A DNA stretch of 64,000 nucleotides from an uncultured SAR86 cluster bacterium (GTDB taxonomy: Bacteria; Pseudomonadota; Gammaproteobacteria; Magnimaribacterales; D2472), in NCBI GenBank assembly GCA_902631785.1, contig CACOZT010000004.1:8047-72046 (forward strand), read 5' to 3'. The translations under genes and the position numbers were made by a program. The notes under the pieces were generated by a model. That model was not told the origin of the DNA. It worked only from the letters and a program-made list of their open reading frames with translations, and ran no database searches. Positions 1-9,931 of the stretch are shown here, one piece after another. Positions within the stretch are counted from its first letter, which is position 1. Each line of letters opens with the position of its first letter.

Positions 1-1873
1 CAAGTTCATTTGGATTATTTCCTCCAGCTTTGGTAGCTGTGGTATAACTTGCATACATCATTCTGTTATCGTCAAAATCATGTTTAACTGCTAATTTATA
101 AGCAGTGGAATCGTCAGCTTCTATTACTTGTGTTGGTGAGAATACATATTGATTTGATACTCTTGACGCAAGTGATAGGTTATTACAATTGGTATATGTT
201 AAACAAGAGAAAACACTATCTTTAACTGTGTCGTCACTGTATCTTAAACCAACTGTAAGTTGTGTATCATCAGACAAGTCATAATACATTTCACCGAGTA
301 TAGCTTTTGATTTTGTTCTGACATGATCGTCATTAAAAAATCCTTGTACTGGAATTGGCGCAGTGTATCCAGTTAAAAGAAGCGGTAATGCGGCTGCACT
401 GAATCCTGATAATGCCCATGGTATATGAAAATCAGTAGATCCTGACCCTGTAAGAGCACCACCAAATAGAGGGATGTTGTATGGATGTGCGCCAGCATCT
501 CTAATTAAATTCCAAGCTGCGGTTTGGACTTGATAAATGTTTCTTGATCTATCATCGTAATGATAATATCCAACTACAAAATTTAATGGGCCGTCTAAAT
601 CTGAAATTATTGTAATTTCCCCTTGCATTGTTTCTTCATGAGCAAAAGCAAATTCATATGTTCTATCTGCAGTTGTTACCTCACAAAAATCGCTGTGGAA
701 ACCTCCCCAACAACCTTCCCATTGCATTGGAATAAATGAGGCTGGATGTCCAGGAGGAAATAGCCCAGGGAATGGAGCAACACCAACTGAATAATCATTA
801 TCAGCCATATGATTATATTCTCTGACGTTGTATGTTCCTTTTATAACCAATTGATATTCATCATTAAGTTTATGATCCATTTTTATCTGAGTCATTTCAT
901 GCTTTTGCATAAACACTGGATCTCTATTTATATTAACTTTATCCATTGAGTTTAAAACGGTAACTCCAGCATATGAATTAGCGGCTGGATTTGAATTTAA
1001 ACCTGCTGCAAAGTTAAAAAATCCAGATGTACTTCCATTTGGATGTGCAGGCTGCCCTATTAAACCTTTAGTAAATGGAGAACAACCAAATAAAGGATCT
1101 TGTTGACAGAAGTTAATTCCAATATTTTGTCTATTATCATCACCCTTTTGATAGTCATACGTAAACTCAATTTGTGTTTTATCAGTTACATCAAAATCCA
1201 TAGAGAGTCTTCCAGCCATTGAATTTCTGCCATCAATGTCATTTCCAGTATGAATGTTCTCAAGAACTCCATCTCTTTTAAATGTTGAAGTTGCTATTCT
1301 CATCGAAACTTTTTCGCTAAGTGGAGCATTAAGAACCATATTTACTCTCTCAGAGTTAAAATTACCCATGGTTGCTTCAACTTTCCCTTCTAGTTCACCA
1401 GTTGGTCTTGCAGTAACGAGGTTAACTAAACCTTGAACAGCATTTCTTCCAGATAAAGTACCTTGTGGTCCTTTAAGAACCTCAATTCTCTCTAGGTCAT
1501 GGAAACCTGTATCTGTCAAAGCAGATGAACCAACGGCATGTCCATTGATTGATGTTACTAATGAATTAACAACAGCAGCACCAACACCAAAAGAACCCAC
1601 ACCCCTCATAGAATATGAAGCACCTGATCCAATAGCTTTGTCTACAATCAATCCCGGTACAACTTCAGCTAAGTCACTAAAGTCTTCAACCATATTTTTA
1701 TCAATATCTTCAGCAGTAAAAGCTTCAATAGAAACTGGTACATCTTGAACAGATTTTTCTTGTTTTGTCGCTGTAACAACAACCTCTTCAACTTCCTGAG
1801 AGTTCAGAAATACTGAGAAAATCATTGATAAGCATATTGAAATATTTAATGCTTGTTTAGAAAAGTTATACAT
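1..1873 (-). CDS. TonB-dependent outer-membrane receptor (3' end runs off the window; missed by the ORF track)
   Basis: ATG at 1873 preceded by GAGGGGGA SD; manual translation gives a signal peptide, TonB box EEVVVTATK, plug motifs DVPVSIEAF and ERIEVLKGPQGTLSGRNA. Confidence 0.93.
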   Translation of the reverse strand, partial: MYNFSKQALNISICLSMIFSVFLNSQEVEEVVVTATKQEKSVQDVPVSIEAFTAEDIDKNMVEDFSDLAEVVPGLIVDKAIGSGASYSMRGVGSFGVGAAVVNSLVTSINGHAVGSSALTDTGFHDLERIEVLKGPQGTLSGRNAVQGLVNLVTARPTGELEGKVEATMGNFNSERVNMVLNAPLSEKVSMRIATSTFKRDGVLENIHTGNDIDGRNSMAGRLSMDFDVTDKTQIEFTYDYQKGDDNRQNIGINFCQQDPLFGCSPFTKGLIGQPAHPNGSTSGFFNFAAGLNSNPAANSYAGVTVLNSMDKVNINRDPVFMQKHEMTQIKMDHKLNDEYQLVIKGTYNVREYNHMADNDYSVGVAPFPGLFPPGHPASFIPMQWEGCWGGFHSDFCEVTTADRTYEFAFAHEETMQGEITIISDLDGPLNFVVGYYHYDDRSRNIYQVQTAAWNLIRDAGAHPYNIPLFGGALTGSGSTDFHIPWALSGFSAAALPLLLTGYTAPIPVQGFFNDDHVRTKSKAILGEMYYDLSDDTQLTVGLRYSDDTVKDSVFSCLTYTNCNNLSLASRVSNQYVFSPTQVIEADDSTAYKLAVKHDFDDNRMMYASYTTATKAGGNNPNEL

Positions 1874-1989
1874 AGTCTAATCCCCCTCAATAATGGTAAC
1901 TTGTATATGGTCAACTATATCACTGCACATAAGTAATGAAAATACATATAAAAGTTGTTTATATTTAATAATAATCTGAATTTATTATG

Positions 1990-2178
1990 TCAATTCCAGG
2001 GATGGCATTTGCTTATTCTAACCACTGCTAAATATGTACCTTTAAAAATGCCAAACTTCAAAATAACGTCTATTGCATATGCTGAACATGTTGGATGAAA
2101 CCTGCATGATGGAGGAAACATTGGTGATATAAAATACCTATAAAATCTGATGGGTAGTATAAAAATCCTTGCTAACAT
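1990..2178 (-). CDS. yidD: Membrane protein insertion efficiency factor YidD
   Basis: YRYFISP...SCRFHPTCSAYA...RISKCHPW motif; start overlaps thrS stop (TAATG). Confidence 0.9.
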   Translation of the reverse strand: MLARIFILPIRFYRYFISPMFPPSCRFHPTCSAYAIDVILKFGIFKGTYLAVVRISKCHPWN

Positions 2179-4109
2179 TAATGTTGAATGGAATTTTCTT
2201 TCTTGATTTGCTTAATGGCCTCTTTGAGATCTAAAACTTCTGTATCGTTGCTACCTATTCTTCTGACCGAAACAGTTTGATCGATCTTTTCTTTCTTACC
2301 GATTGCTAAAATAATAGGGACTTTTTTAGAACTATGATCTCTTACTTTATAACTAATTTTTTCGTTTCTTAAGTCTATTTCTGCTCTAACATCTTGATCT
2401 TTAAGAAGTTCTTGAACCTCAATAGCATAGTCGTTAACCTCAGAGACAATTGATGCTATTACAACTTGTTGAGGAGCTAACCAAAATGGAAGTTTTCCTG
2501 CATAATTTTCAATTAAAATGCCAATAAATCTTTCAAATGAACCTAATATGGCTCTATGAATCATCACTGGATGATGTTTATTGCCATCCTCTCCTACATA
2601 TTCAGCATCAAGCCTATCAGGAAGATTAAAGTCAGCTTGAAAAGTTCCGCACTGCCATTCTCTTCCTATTGCATCGGTTAAAACAAAATCTAATTTAGGT
2701 CCATAAAAGGCTCCATCGCCCTCATCGACTTTATATGGATAATCAAGTTTTTTGATAGCATTCTCCAAAGCAGATTCTGCTTTATCCCAAACCTCATCTG
2801 AACCAATTCTAACCTCAGGCCTTGTCGATAGCTTTATATCAAATTCTTTAAAACCAAGGTCTGAATATATTTCTGACAAAAGACTAATAAATAAAGCTGT
2901 TTCAGATTCAATCTGATCTTGTGTACAAAATATATGTCCATCATCTTGAGTAAAACCTCTTACTCTCATTAAACCATGCATTGTTCCTGATGCTTCATAT
3001 CTGTGGCATGATCCAAATTCAGCATATCTAATTGGTAGATCTTTATATGATCTTATGCCTTGGTTATATACCTGAACATGACAAGGACAATTCATTGGTT
3101 TTAAAGCATTTACTCTTTTTTCATTAGCATGTTCCTCATCTATTTCTGTGATAAACATGTTTTCTCTGTATTTATCCCAATGACCGGAGGCTTCCCAAAG
3201 CTTCCTATCAACCACTTGAGGAGTATTAATTTCTAAATACCCATTTTTATCTAATTTATTTCTAATAAAGCTCTGAAGAGTTTTGTATATATTCCAACCA
3301 TATGGATGCCAAAATACCATGCCAGGAGCTTCATCTTGAAAATGAAATAAGTCCATCTCCTTGCCTAGTTTTCTATGATCTCGTTTTAGTGCTTCCTCTA
3401 AATTATCTAGATGTTGTTGTAAATCTTTGTCGCTATTAAATGCAGTACCATAAATTCTAGTAAGCATTGAATTATTTGAATCGCCCTTCCAATAAGCTCC
3501 GGAAACTTTTGTCAATTTAAAAGAACCAATAAATCCTAAGTTTGGTAGATGAGGTCCTCGACACAAATCTACAAACTTCTCATCTTCTTGATAATATAGT
3601 TGAAAATTATCATCTTGATCTGACTCATTAATGATAATTTCTTTGTATGGCTCTTTATTTGATTTGAATACCTTCATCGCTTCAGATTTTGAAACTAATT
3701 TCTTTGTTATTGATGATTTAGATTTAATAATCTTTTTCATTTCTTCTTCAATCTTATTTAGATCATCTGAAGATATAACCTCTTCGGATTCCACATCGTA
3801 ATAGAAGCCATCTTCAATAGTTGGGCCAATTGCTAATTTAGATTTTGGATAAAGATTCTTAATGGCTCTTGCCAGAACTTGAGCAGTAAGTGTATGACGC
3901 ATAATTTCAAGACCTTCATCACTATCAATTGTAATAATTGAAACTGACGAATCAGTCATAATTTCATCATGTAAATCTTTTTGTACGCCATCAATAGTCA
4001 CTGCAACCGCAGATTTGGCAAGTCCAGGGCCAATATCTTTTGCTAGATCATAACCAGAGGATCCTTCAGGCAATTCTCTAGAACTATTATCAGGCAGTGT
4101 TATTTTCAT
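2178..4109 (-). CDS. thrS: Threonine--tRNA ligase
   Basis: TGS domain, [40 protein letters not shown]. Confidence 0.98.
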   Translation of the reverse strand: MKITLPDNSSRELPEGSSGYDLAKDIGPGLAKSAVAVTIDGVQKDLHDEIMTDSSVSIITIDSDEGLEIMRHTLTAQVLARAIKNLYPKSKLAIGPTIEDGFYYDVESEEVISSDDLNKIEEEMKKIIKSKSSITKKLVSKSEAMKVFKSNKEPYKEIIINESDQDDNFQLYYQEDEKFVDLCRGPHLPNLGFIGSFKLTKVSGAYWKGDSNNSMLTRIYGTAFNSDKDLQQHLDNLEEALKRDHRKLGKEMDLFHFQDEAPGMVFWHPYGWNIYKTLQSFIRNKLDKNGYLEINTPQVVDRKLWEASGHWDKYRENMFITEIDEEHANEKRVNALKPMNCPCHVQVYNQGIRSYKDLPIRYAEFGSCHRYEASGTMHGLMRVRGFTQDDGHIFCTQDQIESETALFISLLSEIYSDLGFKEFDIKLSTRPEVRIGSDEVWDKAESALENAIKKLDYPYKVDEGDGAFYGPKLDFVLTDAIGREWQCGTFQADFNLPDRLDAEYVGEDGNKHHPVMIHRAILGSFERFIGILIENYAGKLPFWLAPQQVVIASIVSEVNDYAIEVQELLKDQDVRAEIDLRNEKISYKVRDHSSKKVPIILAIGKKEKIDQTVSVRRIGSNDTEVLDLKEAIKQIKKENSIQH

Positions 4110-4184
4110 CTTGATATTATAGATTGGAAAGACAATTTTTTATATCAGCAAATATACAACAGTATTTGTTGAAAGAATCTCGCT

Positions 4185-4217
4185 AAAAAAAAGCTGGCGT
4201 AAGCCAGCTTTATTTTT
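4185..4217 (-). terminator. Intrinsic terminator (potentially bidirectional) after the 4237..5007 gene
   Basis: AAAGCTGGC-GTAA-GCCAGCTTT perfect stem flanked by A and T tracts. Confidence 0.85.
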
Positions 4218-4236
4218 AACTATAAATTTTTAGCAT

Positions 4237-5007
4237 TTAATCGAGATTATCGAAAAGAAGTTCGTTATAAAAACTGTTTGATGGAGCACATTCAACAAGA
4301 TCATTGTAGCCCGACTCCAAATCAGGATGTTTTTCAACAAAATCGCCATAGTTATTTGCCATATTCCCTCTTTCATCAAAAGAATGCCAAAAAATCATAT
4401 CGACAAAATCATACGGATAATCAGGTTTAAAACCTAAATACGGAGAAAAGGTTCCCCTCGCCCATCCAGTAAAACCGAATTCAGTCATCAATTTGCCATC
4501 TTTTTCGATAAACTCATGGACATCATTAAGGGAAACTCCATCCTTTAGAGTACAGCCAGCAAATTGAACTGGTTTTCGTTTATCAGGATCTGACATATTT
4601 TTGGTATTGGATATCACGCCCGTATGGAAAGCCGCAACTCTTGATTTGCACTCACTCGCAGACTCACTTGATGAGTCCTCATCCATTGTTGTGAAAGATT
4701 CGTCATAATCATTTAGATAAGAGCCCCATTCTTGATACATAGCTTTTCCATCTGGCCATGAACCCCAAAGAATATAATCATAATCATGTTGTCCGGCATG
4801 GATAGGCACCAACATGCTTTGAATATATTTTGTGCCAGCTGCCTCTGAAAACTTTCCATATTCTCTCGCTTGATCTGCTGCATCATTTAAGGTCTTCCCA
4901 TCATTTAAATTACAGTAAATAAATTCTGATCTCATTTCATAATCAGCAGAATTAATATGAATGCTAATTATTGAAAGCAAAAAACCACTTAACAAATATT
5001 TTTTCAT
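4237..5007 (-). CDS. Exported hypothetical protein with two tandem homologous Cys-containing domains
   Basis: 256 aa ORF, signal peptide, GGGAGAGAG SD, own terminator; internal repeat CNLNDGKTLND / CTLKDGVSLND. Confidence 0.8.
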   Translation of the reverse strand: MKKYLLSGFLLSIISIHINSADYEMRSEFIYCNLNDGKTLNDAADQAREYGKFSEAAGTKYIQSMLVPIHAGQHDYDYILWGSWPDGKAMYQEWGSYLNDYDESFTTMDEDSSSESASECKSRVAAFHTGVISNTKNMSDPDKRKPVQFAGCTLKDGVSLNDVHEFIEKDGKLMTEFGFTGWARGTFSPYLGFKPDYPYDFVDMIFWHSFDERGNMANNYGDFVEKHPDLESGYNDLVECAPSNSFYNELLFDNLD

Positions 5008-5101
5008 TTCTCTCTCCCATTTATAAAAAAATAAACGAGTTTTAATAATACATTAATGTTGAGATTGTGAAAGTTAAAAAATATTAAATTGATAAATGAT
5101 T

Positions 5102-5701
5102 TTATGGGATTAACCATGACGCTTCATATTCACCATTCCAATTATGAATTGCTCTTCTATGACCGGAACTTTTAAGATATAAAAATTCAAGTGAGGTAAA
5201 TGTAAAAATGAGCACTGAAAAATTTTTGTAACCCTCCTCTACTTCAAAATCCTTAATATCATAATCTTCAGGATTTGTTATTGCCTTTGAGGAGCCGTCT
5301 TTTACTGAATAACATTTTTTTGATCTAGATGTTGAATTATCCCAAGCAATTTTAGTTACTTCATCATCGTAATGAGTTGATATGTCACCTTGTAATTTTA
5401 TTTGAATTTTTAGCTCTGGATCATAGCCCACGACCGATGCTGTTGATATCTTATTAAAATGGTCTACCTTAGCTGCCCGATAATCGGTGTGAAATCTCAT
5501 TTTACGATCTTTTAGACTGAACTCTCTCAACACCATTACTCTTGAATAAATTTCATCATTATTGAACGAAGAAACTACAGGCGTATGAAATAAAGTTTTA
5601 GTATCATCAACCGCTACCATTAATATTTTCTCAGCATAATTTAAGGTTTCTTCAAGACTTGAATATTTATTTGGTAGGTCTAAATTAAGTGGATTTGTCA
5701 T
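5102..5701 (-). CDS. Pyridoxamine 5'-phosphate oxidase-like FMN-binding protein
   Basis: RVMVLR, FHTDYRAAK, LEFLYLKSSGHRR motifs of the split-barrel family. Confidence 0.75.
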   Translation of the reverse strand: MTNPLNLDLPNKYSSLEETLNYAEKILMVAVDDTKTLFHTPVVSSFNNDEIYSRVMVLREFSLKDRKMRFHTDYRAAKVDHFNKISTASVVGYDPELKIQIKLQGDISTHYDDEVTKIAWDNSTSRSKKCYSVKDGSSKAITNPEDYDIKDFEVEEGYKNFSVLIFTFTSLEFLYLKSSGHRRAIHNWNGEYEASWLIP

Positions 5702-7074
5702 GACTTAAGTTTCCACTCAGTACCGTCACTTAGATCATTTATTTCAACACCTAGTTCAATAAGTTGTTCTCTGATTGCGTCAGCTAGCTCAAAATCTTTA
5801 TTTTTTTTAGCTTCTGATCTTTTTGAAATCAATTCATTTATTTTATTTTTAAATTCCTCGGAAACTTCATTAAATGAATCATCCTCTAAAATTCCTAAGA
5901 CTGAACCAATTAAATGTAGTTTATTTTTTATAACCTCCCTCTCACTCGACGAAGAATTATATTCTTTAACAATCCTATTTAATTCCGTTATTAAGCCGGG
6001 AGTATTAAGATCATCCATTAAAATTGATATTGCATCTAAATTGTTTGTATCAGAAACATCTATATCATCTAAGTCATCTTTTATTTGATATAACTTATTA
6101 ATTAATTTATTTGCTTGATGTATAACTTTTTCATTCCAATCCAGTCCTTGTCTATAGTGAGACGACAGTAAGGCTAGCCTTATTACTTCTCCATGAAAAT
6201 TTTCAGCTAAATCCTTAACAAGGATTATGTTTCCAAGGGATTTAGCCATTTTCTCACCGTTAATCGTTACAAAACCATTGTGCATCCAATATTTTGCATA
6301 AGAGTCTGGCTCTTCTTTGTTTGCAGATGTGCAACAACTTTGAGCAATTTCATTTTCATGGTGTGGAAAAATAAGATCTCTTCCACCGCCATGAATGTCA
6401 AATGGCAGTCCAAGAGTTTTTTTTGACATAGCAGAGCACTCGGTATGCCAACCAGGTCTGCCAACTCCCCATGGAGAATCCCAGCCAGGTTGATCATCTG
6501 TGCTAGGCTTCCATAATACAAAGTCTGCTGGATCTTTTTTAAATGGCGCTACTTCTACTCGACTTCCAGCAATTTGTTCTTCTCTATTTCTTTTTGAAAG
6601 CTTTCCATAGTTTTCATAAGTGGGTACATGAAAAAGCACATGCCCTTCTTTTTCATAAGCAAAATCTTTCTCAATTAATTCAGATATAAGCTCAATCATT
6701 TCAGGTATGTACTCAGTAGCTTTTGGCTGAATATCAGGAGCTAAAACATTAAGTTTTAACATGTCTTCATTGTAAATTTGTGTATATTTTTCAGTTATTG
6801 AGGTTATGGCAATATTTTGTTCCTTGGCTGCCTCAATGATTTTATCGTCAATATCTGTGATATTAGATACATATGTGACTTTTGGATAAATTACCCTAAG
6901 AGTTCTAACTAAAGTGTCAAAGACAACTGCCATCCTAGCATTGCCAATGTGCGCATAGTTATATACGGTTGGTCCGCATGCATATATTTTTAAATGTGTT
7001 GGATCAAGTGCTTCTAATCTTTCTTTATTCCCGCTTAAAGTATTAAACAATTGAAATGGTTGTTCGATGCTCAT
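5698..7074 (-). CDS. cysS: Cysteine--tRNA ligase
   Basis: CGPTVY, HIGN, GRPGWHTEC, FPHHENE, KMAKS. Confidence 0.98.
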   Translation of the reverse strand: MSIEQPFQLFNTLSGNKERLEALDPTHLKIYACGPTVYNYAHIGNARMAVVFDTLVRTLRVIYPKVTYVSNITDIDDKIIEAAKEQNIAITSITEKYTQIYNEDMLKLNVLAPDIQPKATEYIPEMIELISELIEKDFAYEKEGHVLFHVPTYENYGKLSKRNREEQIAGSRVEVAPFKKDPADFVLWKPSTDDQPGWDSPWGVGRPGWHTECSAMSKKTLGLPFDIHGGGRDLIFPHHENEIAQSCCTSANKEEPDSYAKYWMHNGFVTINGEKMAKSLGNIILVKDLAENFHGEVIRLALLSSHYRQGLDWNEKVIHQANKLINKLYQIKDDLDDIDVSDTNNLDAISILMDDLNTPGLITELNRIVKEYNSSSSEREVIKNKLHLIGSVLGILEDDSFNEVSEEFKNKINELISKRSEAKKNKDFELADAIREQLIELGVEINDLSDGTEWKLKS

Positions 7075-7077
7075 AAT

Positions 7078-7701
7078 TTATTCTAAATCAATTACGTTTA
7101 ATTCTCTCAATGCATTTAACAAAGGTAATAAAGGCATTCCTCTTACAGTGTGTGACGAACCATTTACATATGAAAACAGATTGCATCCTAAAGATTCAAA
7201 TTTATAAGCTCCCGCAGCATTGATAGGATTTTCAATATCAACATAATTAGCAATTTCTTTTTCTGTTAAATCATTCATTTTTAACTCAACTGTTTCTGAA
7301 TATTCCCAAAGGCATTCATTATTTTTATAAATACATACACCACTATGCTGGAAATGCTTTTGATTAGATAAAAGTTTTAAACTCTTAATGGCATTATCTT
7401 TTGAACCTGGTTTATGAAGAAGAGTATCATCAAGTACACACATCTGGTCTCCACCAATTACAATAGATTCAGGATATTGCTTACTTACCGACTCAGCTTT
7501 TGCTTTGGCAAGATGAATAACCTGCTGACTAAAAGGAAGATTTGATATTTTATCTTTTATTGCCTCTTCATCGGTTGGGGAAACTATCACATCAAAAATG
7601 ATGCCTGCTTCTTCAAGCATTAACTTTCTACTCTCTGAACCAGATGCGAGTATTAAAGAAACTTTTGGCTGAATTTTAGCAGATTCATTAGATCTGCTCA
7701 T
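7078..7701 (-). CDS. maf: Maf-family nucleoside triphosphate pyrophosphatase
   Basis: LILASGS.SR, LAKAKA, GGDQ, KP, AGAYKFE, GMPL. Confidence 0.9.
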   Translation of the reverse strand: MSRSNESAKIQPKVSLILASGSESRKLMLEEAGIIFDVIVSPTDEEAIKDKISNLPFSQQVIHLAKAKAESVSKQYPESIVIGGDQMCVLDDTLLHKPGSKDNAIKSLKLLSNQKHFQHSGVCIYKNNECLWEYSETVELKMNDLTEKEIANYVDIENPINAAGAYKFESLGCNLFSYVNGSSHTVRGMPLLPLLNALRELNVIDLE

Positions 7702-8346
7702 TTAGAACTTTTGAGGTGAATTTATTAGATTGATAAACTCTTCTCTGGCCTTAATGTCAGTTCTAAAAATTCCTAACATCCTTGAGGTAATAGTACTGGA
7801 ATGCGTCTTATGAACACCTCTTGTGCTCATACAGTTATGATTTGAGTCTATAACGACTGCAACACCCTTCGGTTTTAAAACTTTATCAATAGTATTTGCA
7901 ATTTGCGCAGTCATGGTTTCCTGAGTTTGCAATCTTTTGCTATAACAATCTACTAGCCTTGCTAATTTACTAATACCAACAACCCTATTGCTAGGTATAT
8001 ATCCAACATGAGCTACACCAATTATTGGAACCATATGATGTTCACAATGTGATTCCAATCTAATATCTCTAACAATGACAGCATCATCATAACCATCAAC
8101 CTCTTCGAATGTTCGGCTTAAGATTTCTTCTGGATCATCGTTGTAACCTGAAAAGAATTGCTTGTAGGCTTTTACTACCCTTTTTGGAGTATCTAGCAAG
8201 CCTTCTCTTTCTGGGTTATCTCCAGCCCAAAGTATCAAAGTCTTAACTGCTTCCATAGCCTCTGCTTGAAGCGAGCTTTCAGGATTCTCATTATTTAAAG
8301 TCTTTACAGCTTTTAAAGCTTCGTCTTTTGATGCTTTTTTACTCAT
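7702..8346 (-). CDS. folE: GTP cyclohydrolase I
   Basis: REGLLDTPKRV, SHCEHH, GISKLAR, RLQTQE, HNCMSTRG. Confidence 0.97.
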   Translation of the reverse strand: MSKKASKDEALKAVKTLNNENPESSLQAEAMEAVKTLILWAGDNPEREGLLDTPKRVVKAYKQFFSGYNDDPEEILSRTFEEVDGYDDAVIVRDIRLESHCEHHMVPIIGVAHVGYIPSNRVVGISKLARLVDCYSKRLQTQETMTAQIANTIDKVLKPKGVAVVIDSNHNCMSTRGVHKTHSSTITSRMLGIFRTDIKAREEFINLINSPQKF

Positions 8347-8442
8347 TTAGTTATTCCAATAATGTTAGAAGTGCCTATTCTATAGTATTTTTTTAAAAAT
8401 ATAATATATTTACCATTATATTTTTTTAATATGTAAATCATT

Positions 8443-9087
8443 ATGCTAAAAGCTTTAATTCAACCCGTAACTCTTTTTGAACAAAATGCTTCAATCATTT
8501 TCTGCGATGAAACAAAAAAATGCGCTATTGTTGATCCTGGAGGCGATATAGATTTATTGCTAAATATTGCTAAGGAAAAAGAGCTTTTACCAGAGAAAAT
8601 CTTGTTAACTCATGGTCACATCGATCATGCCGGTGGAGCAACTGAAATATCAGAGATTCTAAATGTAGAAATTCATGGGCCACATATAGATGATAAGTTT
8701 TTACTCGATGAGCTTCAGAAACAAGGAGAAATGTTTGGATTGCAATCAAAAAATTGTAATCCAGATAAATGGCTAGAAGAAGGTGATGTTGTTCTAGTTG
8801 GTAATGAAAAACTTGAAGTTTATTTTTGTCCAGGACATACACCAGGTCACATAATATTCTTTAACAAAAAAGCTAATTTGGCTTTAGTCGGAGATGTTTT
8901 ATTTAATGGTTCTATTGGACGGACTGATCTGCCTGGTGGTAACTATAATCAATTAATAGAATCAGTGAAAAATAAGTTGTGGCCACTTGGTGATGATGTT
9001 GATTTTATTCCAGGCCATGGACCAGTTTCAACATTCAAAGCTGAAAGAAATTCTAATCCATTTGTTTCAGATTCCGTTTTAAATTAA
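8443..9087 (+). CDS. MBL-fold metallo-hydrolase (glyoxalase II / YcbL-GloC-like)
   Basis: THGHIDHAG, PGHTPG, GDVLF.GSIGRTD, PGHG. Confidence 0.9.
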   Translation: MLKALIQPVTLFEQNASIIFCDETKKCAIVDPGGDIDLLLNIAKEKELLPEKILLTHGHIDHAGGATEISEILNVEIHGPHIDDKFLLDELQKQGEMFGLQSKNCNPDKWLEEGDVVLVGNEKLEVYFCPGHTPGHIIFFNKKANLALVGDVLFNGSIGRTDLPGGNYNQLIESVKNKLWPLGDDVDFIPGHGPVSTFKAERNSNPFVSDSVLN

Positions 9088-9091
9088 TTTT

Positions 9092-9889
9092 TTATTGGTT
9101 GTATCTTCCAGGAGCCAAAATCTTACCTAATGAAGTAAGAATCCATTGAGGCATATTCCTTAACATAAACACTAAAAATTTATAAGTTTTTGTGGGAACA
9201 CACAATCTTTGACCAGATAAAGTTGCTTCAATTGCCTCATCAGCAATTCTGTCAGCAGAAAATACTAAAAATTTTGGTACCCTGTCCATCTGTTCTTGAA
9301 CTCCACTTGCAGTATGAAAACCAGTCACAGTAAACCCTGGACAAACTGCAGTTGAAGTTACTCCCTTATGTTTATAGTTTATATTTATGCTATCGCTGAA
9401 TCTATTCATGAATGTTTTAATTGGCCCATAAAGTGGTTGAATAGCTGAAGGTGCAGCAAAGGATGCTACAGATGAAACGATCATAATTTTACCATCTCCT
9501 TTTTCAATCATTTTTGGTAAAAATAATTTTGTGAGCATTATTACTGAGGTGCCAAGAACTCTTATAAAGTCCTCCTCGTCTTCTAAGCTTGTTTCATGAA
9601 AAGAAGTCTTAATTCCATATCCAGCATTGTTTACTAAAAAATCTACTGAATAATTATTTTCCTCACAAAAATCGAAAATGTCTTTTGGTGCTTCATATTT
9701 ACTTAGATCTTTAGCGATTAAATCTACATTCACATTGTGTTTCTGTCTAATCTCGTTAGCCAAATTTTCCAGCAGTTCTTTTCGTCTGGCGGTAAGAATA
9801 AGGTTGTAACCTTTTTTGGCTAATTTTTTTGCAATTTCTGCACCAATTCCAGATGATGCACCCGTTATTAAAGCGTAAGAGTTTTTCAT
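9092..9889 (-). CDS. Short-chain dehydrogenase/reductase
   Basis: TGASSGIG, NNAG, YGPIK (YxxxK). Confidence 0.92.
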   Translation of the reverse strand: MKNSYALITGASSGIGAEIAKKLAKKGYNLILTARRKELLENLANEIRQKHNVNVDLIAKDLSKYEAPKDIFDFCEENNYSVDFLVNNAGYGIKTSFHETSLEDEEDFIRVLGTSVIMLTKLFLPKMIEKGDGKIMIVSSVASFAAPSAIQPLYGPIKTFMNRFSDSININYKHKGVTSTAVCPGFTVTGFHTASGVQEQMDRVPKFLVFSADRIADEAIEATLSGQRLCVPTKTYKFLVFMLRNMPQWILTSLGKILAPGRYNQ

Positions 9890-9931
9890 GGTTATATACT
9901 ACCAGTATGTTCAACTTTGTAATAGAATTAC

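Noticed and set aside
1254-1748. Two plus-strand ORFs in the track
   Set aside because: Antisense shadows of the TonB-dependent receptor
4145-4172. Hairpin upstream of thrS whose minus-strand loop contains UUGUA, like the tRNA-Thr anticodon mimic of the E. coli thrS operator
   Set aside because: It lies upstream of the likely -10 (4121..4116) and only 12 bp from a terminator, so is probably not in the thrS mRNA; stem has an A-C mismatch on that strand. Would be revived if a TSS upstream of 4172 or read-through is shown
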